DNA of 64,000 bases from a virus. This document shows positions 1-9,699 of this stretch, piece by piece (position 1 is the stretch's first letter; each line of letters begins with the position of its first letter). The translations under genes were made by a program, and so were the position numbers. Location of the stretch: the IMG/VR virus record IMGVR_UViG_3300044695_008209, positions 1 through 64,000 of that record; one strand, written 5' to 3'. The notes beneath the pieces were generated by a model, which was given only the letters and a program-made list of their open reading frames with translations, did no database searches and was not told the DNA's origin.

Positions 1-1182
1 CAAGCCGATGTGCCCGCCTCCGCCCGTGACCGTGGGCACTGGGCTGCCGAGCCCGCTCCCCGTCGAGGTCCCGTAGAACTTCGTGAGGTGCGCGCTCACC
101 ACCGCGTGGTGGTCCTTCCCGGTGATGGTCCCCGTCGGCTTGCGCATGTCGAGCCCGACCACACCGCCGTAGTGCTTGGCGAGGAAGGCGGTCACCAGCG
201 CGTGCTTGGCTCCGCCGCCGACCACCGTACCCAGGGGCTCCTCGATGTTCAGGGTGCGCGGCCGCTGCCCCACCCGCTCGCCGTACCCGGTCTGGATGAG
301 CGTGGCCACCGCCACGACGTGTCGTGCCTTCGACGTCACCGTCGAGAGGGGATCCCGTGCACTCGAGGTCGCCGAGCGAGCGCTCGTGGACCGGTGGTCG
401 ATGGAGGCCACGAGAGGAGCAAGACGCCCATCCGTGTCGACCGAGAGGAGGAAGGGGTCCTTCGACTCGAAGAAGTACCGCTTCAGCCCCTCCGCGATCC
501 GCCGCTCGGTCGCCTCCGCCAACGGCTTGGAGCGGTCGAAGATGCTCGGCACCGGGATGTCCCAGTCGATGCACTCCGCGGCCGTGCGGTACGCGTGTGG
601 CCGCCCCGGGCCGTGTGTGGGCGTGGGCCACCGGATGGGGAGTCCGTCCCGACGAGCGACGAGGAAAAGCCGCTTCCTGGACGTTGGGGCGCCGAAGTCC
701 GCGGCGACGAGGGCCTTCCACGCCACCTCGTAGCCCCGGTTGTTGAGGCGCTCGACGAAGTCCGCGAAGGTCTCGCCGGCCCTCTCCTTGATGGGCTCGC
801 CGCGGTGGAGAGGTCCCCACGTGAGGAACTCCGGCACGTTCTCCATGCAGATCATGCGCGGCCGTACCTGCTCGGCCCACTTCACGATGACCCACGCGAG
901 CCCACGGATCTTCTTGCTCTTCGGCTTCCCGCCCTTGGCTCGGGAGAAGTGGGTGCAGTCGGGGGATGCCCACAGGAGATCCACGGGACGTGAGCCCACG
1001 GCCCGCTTCGGGTTCACCTTGAACACGTCGTCGTGGAAGTGCAGCGTCTCCGGGTGGTTCTTCTCGTGCATCAGGATGGCGTTGAGGTTGTGGTTGATGG
1101 CGATGTAGGGGGCGCGCCCGGTGGCCCGGAAGATCCCCTCGGACGCGCCGCCCCCGCCCGCGAAAAGGTCAACTGAAAACAA
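1..1182 (-). CDS. DNA (cytosine-5)-methyltransferase, C-terminus runs off window start
   Basis: Manual translation from TTG at 1182 (AGGAG upstream): MFSVDLFAGGGGAS (motif I), LLWASPDCTHFS (motif IV PC), ICMENVPEF (motif VI ENV). Not in the ORF track because it has no stop inside the window. Confidence 0.92.
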   Translation of the reverse strand, partial: MFSVDLFAGGGGASEGIFRATGRAPYIAINHNLNAILMHEKNHPETLHFHDDVFKVNPKRAVGSRPVDLLWASPDCTHFSRAKGGKPKSKKIRGLAWVIVKWAEQVRPRMICMENVPEFLTWGPLHRGEPIKERAGETFADFVERLNNRGYEVAWKALVAADFGAPTSRKRLFLVARRDGLPIRWPTPTHGPGRPHAYRTAAECIDWDIPVPSIFDRSKPLAEATERRIAEGLKRYFFESKDPFLLSVDTDGRLAPLVASIDHRSTSARSATSSARDPLSTVTSKARHVVAVATLIQTGYGERVGQRPRTLNIEEPLGTVVGGGAKHALVTAFLAKHYGGVVGLDMRKPTGTITGKDHHAVVSAHLTKFYGTSTGSGLGSPVPTVTGGGGHIGL

Positions 1183-1191
1183 TGGCTGCTC

Positions 1192-1464
1192 CTACTCTTT
1201 TGCGTTCATCCACAGACCGAGGTGCCGCAGTCCGCGCAGCAGGAATGCCGACTTCACTGCGTTGAAGCCGCGGCGCTTCACGATCCACTCGAGTTCGTCG
1301 GGACCCACGGGCTCGCCGAGCTTCTCCCACATCTCGAGTTCCTGCCAGACCATCTGACCCCACTCGAACCTGCCCTTCTTCCCGGCAGCGTCGTCGACTG
1401 CGACCTGCTCCATGATGTGAGGCAGCTGCTCGTTCCACCAGCTGACCAGACTCTCCGAGGCCAT
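1192..1464 (-). CDS. hypothetical protein (90 aa)
   Basis: High GC3, translationally coupled to neighbours. Confidence 0.75.
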   Translation of the reverse strand: MASESLVSWWNEQLPHIMEQVAVDDAAGKKGRFEWGQMVWQELEMWEKLGEPVGPDELEWIVKRRGFNAVKSAFLLRGLRHLGLWMNAKE

Positions 1465-1976
1465 CAGTCGACCGTCGGTGGGTGTTCACCGAGCGCCACC
1501 AGGCGATCACATGCCAGCTCGTAGGCACGACGCAGCTTGTCGTACTCTACGCTCTGCACGTCCTGCTGCCAGGCAGGCACCTTCTGGTCCGTGGCCAGCA
1601 GGTTCTGCAGCTCCTCACGCTCGGCGTCCTCGAACTGCGCCGCTTTCCTACCCGCAGCGACGTTCGCGTCGCGCTTCTTCTCGAAGGAGCTGTGCAACGC
1701 CAGGACCTCCGGGTGACTGACGAGCTCGTTGAGGATGCGGTCCAGCGTGGCACCACGACCGCGGAACTCCTCCATCTTCGGAAGGTGGAAGTGCGTGGCG
1801 CTCTCCGCGTCGGTCACCGGAGCGACGACCGTCTGCGGCACCGGCACGCCCAGGTCGAGACGCACCATGTTCTCTGTGAGCCGCGCGTTCGGGTACCGCG
1901 ACAGGATGACGTCCGCGAGGTGGTCGAGGCGGACGCCTCCTTGCACGAAAAGGCCGTGTGTTCGGTTCCGGCTCAT
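1464..1976 (-). CDS. hypothetical protein (170 aa)
   Basis: High GC3, TGATG/ATGA overlaps. Confidence 0.75.
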   Translation of the reverse strand: MSRNRTHGLFVQGGVRLDHLADVILSRYPNARLTENMVRLDLGVPVPQTVVAPVTDAESATHFHLPKMEEFRGRGATLDRILNELVSHPEVLALHSSFEKKRDANVAAGRKAAQFEDAEREELQNLLATDQKVPAWQQDVQSVEYDKLRRAYELACDRLVALGEHPPTVD

Positions 1977-2266
1977 GGCTGCTCCGTGTCAGAGTGCCCT
2001 TCGAGGAGGAAGAAGCGGCCGTTAGTGCCGCGGTTCTCGCCCTCGTCCTCACAGCGGAGGAAGTCGTTCTCCCAGAGGTTGACGAGACGGTCGTGAGCCT
2101 GCTGGTGCGTCATCTCGGCCTTGTTCGCGAGCTCGCTCGCGTTCATACCGGGAGCACCGATGTGCCGCAGCCACTCGAGGACCACCTCTTCGGTCTCGAC
2201 GCCGCCCTCTTCCTCCACGTCCTCGTCGATGTTGATGTCGCAGGCGTTTCCACGCGGGTCTTTCAT
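1973..2266 (-). CDS. winged helix-turn-helix DNA-binding protein
   Basis: MNASELANKAEMTHQQAHDRLVNLWENDFLR pattern followed by a beta-wing. Confidence 0.55.
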   Translation of the reverse strand: MKDPRGNACDINIDEDVEEEGGVETEEVVLEWLRHIGAPGMNASELANKAEMTHQQAHDRLVNLWENDFLRCEDEGENRGTNGRFFLLEGHSDTEQP

Positions 2267-2269
2267 CCT

Positions 2270-2746
2270 CTACTCCCTTCGGGGCATCGCGCCCCAGCGT
2301 TGAACAGGCTCCTCATCATCCGGATCGTCTCCGTCCTCGAGCACCCGCGGTTCGGGCTCGTGGAAGGGCCTGACCTCCGCACTGCACTCGGCGCAGTACT
2401 CGACGTCACCTTCCATGTGGTGCATCCAGCCCACGGTCTCGCCCTTCTTCAGCGCCTTCGTGGCGCACTTGAAGCAGAGGGTGTCCCCGCCATCGGCCGG
2501 CACCGTGTACAGGTACGGGTACCCCCCGTCGCCGAACTGCATGAGGACCCCCTCGTGCATGTCCAGTCCGCAGCGGTTGTTCGCGTAGTTGCCCCACGCG
2601 AACCTCTGCAGGTACTCCAGACTCTCAGCGTCGAGGTCGCCGTCGCAGCCCTCGTACTCCACGAGGTGCACGATGAGGTCGGCGCGGGTCATCTCGTCGA
2701 AGTCCTGGTAGAACTTCGCGCCTACGTCCTTCTTCGAGTCTCTCAT
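2270..2746 (-). CDS. hypothetical protein with two CxxC motifs
   Basis: LCFKC and YCAEC; ATGA overlap. Confidence 0.7.
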   Translation of the reverse strand: MRDSKKDVGAKFYQDFDEMTRADLIVHLVEYEGCDGDLDAESLEYLQRFAWGNYANNRCGLDMHEGVLMQFGDGGYPYLYTVPADGGDTLCFKCATKALKKGETVGWMHHMEGDVEYCAECSAEVRPFHEPEPRVLEDGDDPDDEEPVQRWGAMPRRE

Positions 2747-3135
2747 GTGATCAGTTCTCCGAGAATGGCGGGCCTCGTGCGGGTCTGGAAGTCGACCTGC
2801 TCGTAGATCACCGTGTTGTGTCCGTCGACCTCGAAGTCGAACGCCGCGTGGACGAACGTGAGGTCCTCCGCAACCACCTCACCGGGGTGCACCCCGACGC
2901 GCTCGATGCGCAGGACCAGCCCCTCCTCCCACTCTTTCAGGAGGGGGATGTCGGCCGGCATCAGGAGGCGCTTGATGCGGATGCCCCACAACTGGTTCCC
3001 CTCCCCCGGCATCTCGTGCTTCAGGAAGATGTCCGCGGTCTGGCCCATGCCGGCGACGACCTCGTCGCCACGACAGAGCACCAGGATCTGGTGGCCGAGC
3101 AGGGCCCGCTTCTTGGGCAGTTCGCGGTGGCTCAC
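2743..3135 (-). CDS. hypothetical protein (130 aa)
   Basis: ATGA/GTGA overlaps, codon bias. Confidence 0.7.
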   Translation of the reverse strand: MSHRELPKKRALLGHQILVLCRGDEVVAGMGQTADIFLKHEMPGEGNQLWGIRIKRLLMPADIPLLKEWEEGLVLRIERVGVHPGEVVAEDLTFVHAAFDFEVDGHNTVIYEQVDFQTRTRPAILGELIT

Positions 3136-3359
3136 GCCCGCTCCTGCGCTTCGGCGATCGTCTTGGCCGCGGCGTCCCGTCCCTGCAGGCGCAGGAGCAG
3201 GACCATCGAGCTGTTGATGTCACCGATGCTCTTGGGCACGAACCCGCCCTTCCCCAGCCATTCAGCGAGGTCCTCGCATGCCTCCAGGAAGGGCTCCATG
3301 TCCACGGCGCCCTCGCCGCAGGCGTCCAGAATGCGCTGCACGCAGACTTCAGGATCCAT
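3132..3359 (-). CDS. hypothetical protein (75 aa)
   Basis: GGAGG upstream, codon bias. Confidence 0.7.
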   Translation of the reverse strand: MDPEVCVQRILDACGEGAVDMEPFLEACEDLAEWLGKGGFVPKSIGDINSSMVLLLRLQGRDAAAKTIAEAQERA

Positions 3360-3654
3360 CAGGTACCTCCAACTTCCCGTCGTCCGGGAGCTCTGCTGCG
3401 TTGACCCGGTGCACGAGCACGTAGGCGTGGTTGATCACGGTGTCGGTGTCGGGGAGCCGCGCCGGCAGCTCCAGGAACGTGCAGCCCTCCCCGTACCGGA
3501 GGAACTGCACGTGCCCGCGCTTCGAGGAGTCGAAGTTCAGGTTCGTGATGGGCCCGAACACCGAGTCCGGGCGCGTCATCGTCACGTCGTACTCCTGGTC
3601 GGTGCTCCGCTTCCAGATCGCCTGTCCGTACTTCGACTGTCCGTTCACGCCCAT
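3349..3654 (-). CDS. hypothetical protein (101 aa)
   Basis: GGAGG RBS, codon bias. Confidence 0.7.
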   Translation of the reverse strand: MGVNGQSKYGQAIWKRSTDQEYDVTMTRPDSVFGPITNLNFDSSKRGHVQFLRYGEGCTFLELPARLPDTDTVINHAYVLVHRVNAAELPDDGKLEVPDGS

Positions 3655-3953
3655 GTCGGGTCCTCCGGGTCGTTGATGTTGGGGACGTTGTCCGCGCCGA
3701 AGTAGGAGCGGCAGTCCTTACGGATCTCCACGCGGTTGCTGCGGTGCTTCAGCAGGCGCGACAAGATCCCCTCGTAGTCGGGCCAGTTCTCTGTCTGGTT
3801 GTCCTCGTTGAGCGCAGACTCGTCGAGCCACGAGCGCCAGTCCGCGAACGAAGCCACCGACTGCCAGTCCGTCGGCTTCATCCAGGACAGCTCCGGGAAG
3901 CGCTCGGTGAGAGCCGCGACCTCCTTCTTGACCAGCGTTTCTTTCTTCGCCAT
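3645..3953 (-). CDS. hypothetical protein (MAKKETLV...)
   Basis: TGATG overlap with upstream gene; start reassigned from ORF track. Confidence 0.7.
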   Translation of the reverse strand: MAKKETLVKKEVAALTERFPELSWMKPTDWQSVASFADWRSWLDESALNEDNQTENWPDYEGILSRLLKHRSNRVEIRKDCRSYFGADNVPNINDPEDPTWA

Positions 3954-4972
3954 CACCACTCCCACTTCGGAAGGTGATCGTAGGTCCCGCTGTCCTGGTC
4001 GAAGTTGATGACCAGGCATTCCTCCTCACGGGCGTACTCGAGCAGCTCCCTCAACCACGCAGGCTCGCCGGAGATCTGCGCCTCGGACGGCGTGCCGTCG
4101 ACACCGGGCACGAAGGCCACCCACCCGGTCTCGTGCTGCACCGCGCGCACGCTGCCCCAGTCTGGGGAGGTCGAGGGCATGTGGGCGGTGGAGACGTCGA
4201 GCATCTTGTGCACCGCACTGGAGCGCTGGAGCAGGTCCTTCTTGGTCCAGCCGCTCTCGAGGAGGTACCGCACCTGCGCCTCCGGACCCCCGTTGTTGAT
4301 GTCGGACGCCTCCGCGGACTTCGTGTCGTGCACGAGGTCGTCGAGGTCCGCACGCTGCTCGACTTCTTCGCAGAACCGCGTGAACTCCGCCTTTTCAGTG
4401 GCCAGGCCGCGTGCGACAACCTGGGCCGCCTCGCGCGCGTCCTCCTCCACAGCCTCCATGCCGTAGAAGCCCCAGCAGCTCTCCTCGTCCCTGCCCTCGA
4501 TGGTGTAGCCGTACACGTCGCCGGCGAGGAACTGGTTCCACTCCTTCACGTGAGCTTCGGCGATCTCGAGCCACTTGACCTCCTCCATCGGGGTGCCGGA
4601 GTACTCGACCCACTGCGCGCGGGGGATGAGGATGAAGCCGCAGCGACTCACGTCCCACTTCTGATCGGGGAAGTTGGAGGCAGCGTCCGTGCCCTTGATG
4701 GCCAGCACCACGCCCCCGTGGATGTAGCTCAGCAGGGGCCAGATGCCCCAGGACTGCGGTTTCCCCTCCGCGAGGATGCCGCTCCACCACTCGTGGAACT
4801 CCGCGGGCGTCTTGAAGGGCAGGTCCTTCGAGCACTGGTAGAAGTCTCGGTGGTAGTGGTAGAGGTAGACCGGGGCATCGGTCATCTGTTCGGGGTTCTG
4901 GGCGTCCTCGTCCTGGTAGATCTTGACGACGAGACCCTCGATGTCGAGGGTCTTCACGGGTTCGGCTTTCAT
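3953..4972 (-). CDS. multi-domain hypothetical protein, C-terminal DUF5983-like domain
   Basis: Start MKAEPVK at 4972 (AAGGA upstream). C-terminal MLDVSTAH...INFDQD...LPKWEW resembles DUF5983 by recall. Confidence 0.6.
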   Translation of the reverse strand: MKAEPVKTLDIEGLVVKIYQDEDAQNPEQMTDAPVYLYHYHRDFYQCSKDLPFKTPAEFHEWWSGILAEGKPQSWGIWPLLSYIHGGVVLAIKGTDAASNFPDQKWDVSRCGFILIPRAQWVEYSGTPMEEVKWLEIAEAHVKEWNQFLAGDVYGYTIEGRDEESCWGFYGMEAVEEDAREAAQVVARGLATEKAEFTRFCEEVEQRADLDDLVHDTKSAEASDINNGGPEAQVRYLLESGWTKKDLLQRSSAVHKMLDVSTAHMPSTSPDWGSVRAVQHETGWVAFVPGVDGTPSEAQISGEPAWLRELLEYAREEECLVINFDQDSGTYDHLPKWEW

Positions 4973-4983
4973 GGATTTGGTCC

Positions 4984-5451
4984 TTAGAAAGGGATTTCTT
5001 CGTCGGGAAGCTGCGGCTCCGGTTCCTCCACTTGCGGGAAGGAGAGCCGAGTCTGTGGGCTCCAGTTCGTGTTGAGGCGGCGCAGTTCCTTCAACCACGC
5101 CGGCGGATCCTTCACCAGGCGGTTCGCGCGTCGCCGCAGGTGTAGGGTCAGCGGCTGGGCCTGCTCGACGAGGCGCCTGCGCAGGTGGTGCTCGCTGATC
5201 TGCAAGGAGGTCGCGAAGCTCTTCCAACTCTCCGAGTTACGACGCAGCCCGTTGCAGTACATGCACGCGCTGATCAGGTTGGTGTGCGCGTTCGAGCCGC
5301 CTTCAGAACGAGCGACGATGTGGTCGATGGTCAGCCCCGCGACGGACCAGTCCTGCATGCAGTAGGCGCAGCAGAGTCCGTCGCGGAGGTAGATCCCCAC
5401 GCGGGTGGATGGGCGCACCCAGGAGGAAGTGTACCCGCCCCACCGTGTCAC
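4984..5451 (-). CDS. HNH endonuclease
   Basis: CAYC...IDHIVARSEGGSNAHTNLISACMYCN (McrA-type HNH with Zn sites). Confidence 0.9.
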   Translation of the reverse strand: MTRWGGYTSSWVRPSTRVGIYLRDGLCCAYCMQDWSVAGLTIDHIVARSEGGSNAHTNLISACMYCNGLRRNSESWKSFATSLQISEHHLRRRLVEQAQPLTLHLRRRANRLVKDPPAWLKELRRLNTNWSPQTRLSFPQVEEPEPQLPDEEIPF

Positions 5452-6074
5452 TTGAGGCTGCCTACCCGGGCCACCGCAGCGTCGAGGAGCTCGGTCTCGT
5501 GTGCGAGGTAGTAGTCCGCGAGCATCTCCGCGAGCTCATGCCTCTCCACCCGGAGCACCGGTGCCAGCCCTTCCTGCAGCTCCGAGGCATCCGAGCGACT
5601 CAGCTTCGGGGTCCGCATCGGTGGGTCACCTTCTCGCTCCACGCGTTCGTGCGGGCCCACCATCCGGATCACGTCGGCGGCGTACGTGTACGGGTAGCGA
5701 GGGCTCGACCTCCGGGGGTCCGCCCGAACCTGAGCGCGCCTCCACGCCTGCAGCGCCTCCTCGAGGGGCTGCGTCTGGTCCTCCCAGTTGATCGTGCCGA
5801 AGGAGGCGAGGGAGTAGACCGTGTCGAGCTTCAGGAGCCACCCGCCCGTGGAGTCCTGGATCTGGTCGGAGTTCTCGACGTTGCTGTGGCCGCCGTTGAA
5901 CGTGGTGAGGAAGTCGATGACCTCCCTTCCCGTGGCCACCGCCTCCTTCATGTGGTCGCGGACGGCCTTCTCGACGATGGCCATGATCTCGGGGGCGCCC
6001 GGGCCGTCGACCCTGATGGTCCCGGTCTCCGCGCCCTGCGAGACCAGGGCGTAGCTGAAGTCCTTGGTCGGCAT
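5448..6074 (-). CDS. hypothetical protein (MPTKDFSY...)
   Basis: Codon bias, GTGA overlap with HNH gene. Confidence 0.7.
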   Translation of the reverse strand: MPTKDFSYALVSQGAETGTIRVDGPGAPEIMAIVEKAVRDHMKEAVATGREVIDFLTTFNGGHSNVENSDQIQDSTGGWLLKLDTVYSLASFGTINWEDQTQPLEEALQAWRRAQVRADPRRSSPRYPYTYAADVIRMVGPHERVEREGDPPMRTPKLSRSDASELQEGLAPVLRVERHELAEMLADYYLAHETELLDAAVARVGSLK

Positions 6075-6082
6075 GTTGCTTC

Positions 6083-7996
6083 CTATCCGTCTGTGGGGTT
6101 GATCGGGCACTCGCCGAGATGTTCGCCTGCTTCTTCGATGTAGGGCAGCCGCATCCGTACATCGGAGCCCATGAGGTCCTGCAGGGTCGCAGCTGTCGCC
6201 AGCTCCTCCCCGTCTGGGATCTCGACCCGCAGCAGCCGCCGACTCTTCGGGTCCATCGTCGTGGCGTACAGCATCTGCGCAGGCATCTCGCCGAGGCCCT
6301 TGAAGTAGGACACCTGTGCGTCCGCGCGCATCTTCTTCGGGAGGGAGTCGATGTAGTCGTCTCGCTCCTCGTCACTGGTCGCCCAGAACGACGCGTTGCC
6401 GGAGTTGATGCGGTAGAGCGGCGGGCACGCCAGGAACAGCTTCCCGGCACGGATGAGCTGCGGCATCGCCCGGAAGAAGAAGGTCAAGAGCAGCGTCGCG
6501 ATGTGGTGCCCGTCGATGTCGGCGTCGACCATGATGATGACCTTGCCGTAGCGCAGGCGCTTCAGGTCGAAGTCGTTGCCGATGCTGCATCCCAGCGCCT
6601 GGATGAGGTTCGAGATCTCCTGATTCGACTCCATCTTCGGGAGGGACACCTCCATCACGTTCAGGACCTTGCCCCGCAAAGGGAGGATGGCCTGGGTGTC
6701 CCGGTCCCTGCCCTGCTTCGCCGAACCGCCGGCGGAGTCCCCCTCGACGACGAAGAGCTCCGTCTCCGCCACGTCGGAGGACGAGCAGTCCGCCAGCTTG
6801 CCAGGGAGGGTGAGGGAGTGCACCACGCTCTTCCGGCGCACGTCGTAGACGGCATCGCGCGCGGCGGTTCTGGCACGCGCAGCGTCGACCACCCTGGCGG
6901 CCAGGCGCTCTGCCTGCTTGCCGTTGGCGCTCAACCACGTTCCGAGCGCCTTCCGAACCTCGGAGGCGACGAGCCCCTGCACCTCGGGGTTGTTCAGGCG
7001 GTCCTTCGTCTGCCCCTGGAACTGCGGGTTCTCCACCAGCACGTGGATGGCCCCGATGAGGCCCTCGCGGACGTCCTCCGCCTCGACGACAGGCTTGCGC
7101 GGGAGGAGCCCGTGCTCTTCCATGTAGTCGCGCACCACCGCTGCTACGGTGGTCTTCAGGCCAGAGACGTGAGTGCCACCGTCTCTGGTCGGGATGCCGT
7201 TGGCGAACGCCCGCAGCACCTCGTCCATCTGCCGATGGTCCGTCGTCCACGTGAGGGCCACGTGGAGGTTCGGCAGCGTCAGCAGGAAGGGGAACTCGGT
7301 CACCGGCGTGAGCTTCTCGTCGACGAGCAGGGCCGCCAGCATGTCCGAGAGCCCGCCCTTGTAGCAGAACTCCTCCTCGCCCAGTAGGAACCGGACGCCG
7401 GGGTTCAGGTAGGCCTTCACCCGGATGCGCTCGCGCACCAGGTCCAGGTCGAACTCCTGGGCCCCGAAGATCTGCGCGTCGGGGGTGAACGTGATGGTCG
7501 TCCCCCTGCGGGTGGCGCGGCCCGTGCGCGAGACCTTGGGCTTCCCTGGGACACCGCGGCTGTAGCCCTGCTTGTAGGTCTCCTCGCCCCTGCAGATGGT
7601 GACTTGCAGGTCGGAGGAAAGGGCGTTGACCACCGAGCTGCCCACTCCGTGCAGGCCGCCCGCGTTCTTGTAGGCACCGCCTCCGAACTTCCCACCAGCG
7701 TGCAGCGTGGTGAGGATCACCTCGACCGCGGGCCTGCCTCCCTTGTGCGCGTCGAAGGGGATGCCGCGGCCGTTGTCTGACACGGTGGCCGTCGGCACCG
7801 GCGAGTTGGACACCACCACATCAACACGGGTGGCGTGCCCTGCGATCGCCTCGTCGACCGAGTTGTCGACGATCTCCCACAGCAGGTGGTGGAAGCCCTC
7901 CTTCCCCGTCCCACCGACGTACATGCCCGGACGCCGGCGCACCGGGTCCAGGCCCTCGAGTACCTCGATGCTCGAGGCGTCGTACTCCTTGCTCAC
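6083..7996 (-). CDS. gyrB: type IIA DNA topoisomerase B subunit (GyrB/ParE-like, 637 aa)
   Basis: EGLDPVRRRPGMY, EIVDNSVDE, DNGRGIP, LHAGGKF, GLHGVGSSVVNALS (GHKL ATPase); VEGDSAGG, PLRGK, DADIDG (TOPRIM); FKGLGEM. GyrB vs ParE cannot be resolved by eye. Confidence 0.95.
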   Translation of the reverse strand: MSKEYDASSIEVLEGLDPVRRRPGMYVGGTGKEGFHHLLWEIVDNSVDEAIAGHATRVDVVVSNSPVPTATVSDNGRGIPFDAHKGGRPAVEVILTTLHAGGKFGGGAYKNAGGLHGVGSSVVNALSSDLQVTICRGEETYKQGYSRGVPGKPKVSRTGRATRRGTTITFTPDAQIFGAQEFDLDLVRERIRVKAYLNPGVRFLLGEEEFCYKGGLSDMLAALLVDEKLTPVTEFPFLLTLPNLHVALTWTTDHRQMDEVLRAFANGIPTRDGGTHVSGLKTTVAAVVRDYMEEHGLLPRKPVVEAEDVREGLIGAIHVLVENPQFQGQTKDRLNNPEVQGLVASEVRKALGTWLSANGKQAERLAARVVDAARARTAARDAVYDVRRKSVVHSLTLPGKLADCSSSDVAETELFVVEGDSAGGSAKQGRDRDTQAILPLRGKVLNVMEVSLPKMESNQEISNLIQALGCSIGNDFDLKRLRYGKVIIMVDADIDGHHIATLLLTFFFRAMPQLIRAGKLFLACPPLYRINSGNASFWATSDEERDDYIDSLPKKMRADAQVSYFKGLGEMPAQMLYATTMDPKSRRLLRVEIPDGEELATAATLQDLMGSDVRMRLPYIEEAGEHLGECPINPTDG

Positions 7997-8211
7997 GACA
8001 GCGCCCAGATGCCGTTTCGGAGAACAAGCTCTACGACCCGGGTCAGTCGGTGGTAGCGGATGAGCACGGAGTGCTTGCCCGCCCCCTCGACCTGCTGCCT
8101 GTTGATGAGGCGCTCGTCGGGTTGGAGCGTGAAGTCCTTGTTCTCGACGAAGTCCGCGAGAACCGCGGACTTCGAGTCGTAGTCGCGGCCATAGGCCGGG
8201 GTCAACGTCAT
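7993..8211 (-). CDS. small hypothetical phage protein (72 aa)
   Basis: GGAGG RBS; CATAAG at 8245-8250; GTGA overlap with topoisomerase gene. Confidence 0.7.
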   Translation of the reverse strand: MTLTPAYGRDYDSKSAVLADFVENKDFTLQPDERLINRQQVEGAGKHSVLIRYHRLTRVVELVLRNGIWALS

Positions 8212-8254
8212 GGTGCAGCCTCCTTTATCATTGGTTGCACCGTGCTTATGACGA

Positions 8255-8998
8255 TTACCCGGAGACCTTCACCCACACGTGGTTGGCCTTGAGGGCGCGC
8301 AGGGCGCTGAGGAGCATCTCGACGTGTGGGTACTTGGACGCGTAGTTCGCGCCCAGGGCCAGCTTGGTCGCAGCCACCGTACGCTTCCCGACGATGCCGT
8401 CGGGCTCGCCGATGTCGTACCCGGCGCGGAGGAGCAGGGCCTGCATGAGGCGGTTGTTCGACTGCCACTCACCAGCCTGGCCGACGTCGAGAGCGGAGCA
8501 CATGCAGGCGGTCTCGTACCCGATGCGGGTCTTCACGCCGATCCAGTCGTTCCAGCAGTCGAAGTGCCACCGCTCGCTCTTCTCCTCATCGGGCTTGGAG
8601 ATGATCGGAGTGAAGCCGAAGGGCTTGCCCGTCTCCCAGAGCAGGTCGATCTGCTTGTCGGCCGGCGCACCGGGGAAGACGTTCTTGGTGGACACGTCGA
8701 TCGCGCGCCCGCCCTGGTGGTTGGAGCGTCCGGGCTTGTTGGCCGCGGCGACCGCGGTGGGAGCCTTCCCGACCTTGCCCCCGGCCTCCCAGGCGCTCAG
8801 GTCGTTGAGGTACTTGACGTAGGCGTCGCGGAGGGGCTGCTGCTGAGCGCAGGTGCGCGTCAGGGAGTTGGCGACGAGCTTGCCGCCCTTCGCCTCGACT
8901 GCGGCCTTCCATGCCAGCAGCTGGTCGTGGATGTCATCGGCGCAGACAGCGTTCTTGCCGAACTCGGGGATGGCGACGAGGGGGCGGTACTGGGGCAC
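8255..8998 (-). CDS. endolysin: M15 Zn peptidase plus C-terminal peptidoglycan-binding domain
   Basis: SNHQGGRAID and ERWHFD Zn-ligand motifs; EPDGIVGKRT PG_binding_1-like motif. Confidence 0.85.
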   Translation of the reverse strand: MPQYRPLVAIPEFGKNAVCADDIHDQLLAWKAAVEAKGGKLVANSLTRTCAQQQPLRDAYVKYLNDLSAWEAGGKVGKAPTAVAAANKPGRSNHQGGRAIDVSTKNVFPGAPADKQIDLLWETGKPFGFTPIISKPDEEKSERWHFDCWNDWIGVKTRIGYETACMCSALDVGQAGEWQSNNRLMQALLLRAGYDIGEPDGIVGKRTVAATKLALGANYASKYPHVEMLLSALRALKANHVWVKVSG

Positions 8999-9071
8999 GG
9001 CAGCTCCTGGGTTGGGGGGTGGTCTCCCCTAACAAGAGAACCCCCGAGCGGGCTCTCTGTCCACCGATCGC

Positions 9072-9522
9072 TCACCCCTCCAGGGAGGTGAGGTGCTCGA
9101 TGCCCTTGCCGCGTTTCACGACGGCCTTCACGACAGCACGCAGTGTCGTACCGATCGCCGGCACCCCTCGGAGCATCTCGCGCACCATGGGCTCGCGGAG
9201 CAGCTCGTTGCTGTAGACGGGCTTCGTGCCCTCCGCGCACGAGATGGTGATGTGCGGGACCTCGTTCAGCCCCACCAGCCCGGCCGGACCGGCGATGGCG
9301 GCGGCTTGGCCGCGGTCGTCAGCGGCGAACCCGATCATGGTGTAGTCGACCTCCTTGCCGAGCAGTGCGAAGAGAGGGTCGTCCTCCTTCGGCTTGAAGC
9401 TCAACGTGATGTGCTCGGCGTAGACGGACAGCGTGCAGGGGCGGAACTGCGGCGAGCAGGCGCGCCTTGGATTCGGTGGTGAGGAACGCGCCGATGTAGA
9501 TGACCTGGGAGCGAGTGACCAT
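9072..9522 (-). CDS. 2H phosphoesterase (two HxT motifs), interrupted by an apparent +1 frameshift near 9426
   Basis: MVTRSQVIYIGAFL...PPLHAV in one frame joins VYAEHITLSF...PHITIS in the next; span 451 nt = 150 codons + 1. Confidence 0.7.
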
Positions 9523-9699
9523 GGTTTGACCTCCATCCTCCTTATGCCGATTCGAGCTAAGAAATAGAGCACGCGGTGTGCGTGGCAGGGCTTGACCCCC
9601 ACCACGCACACCGACTTCAGCTTACTCGTCGTCCCGCCCAGGAACATCCAGGCTTTTGCGGGCTAACGAGCGACCACCTCTGCAGGTGGTCGCCTCTTC

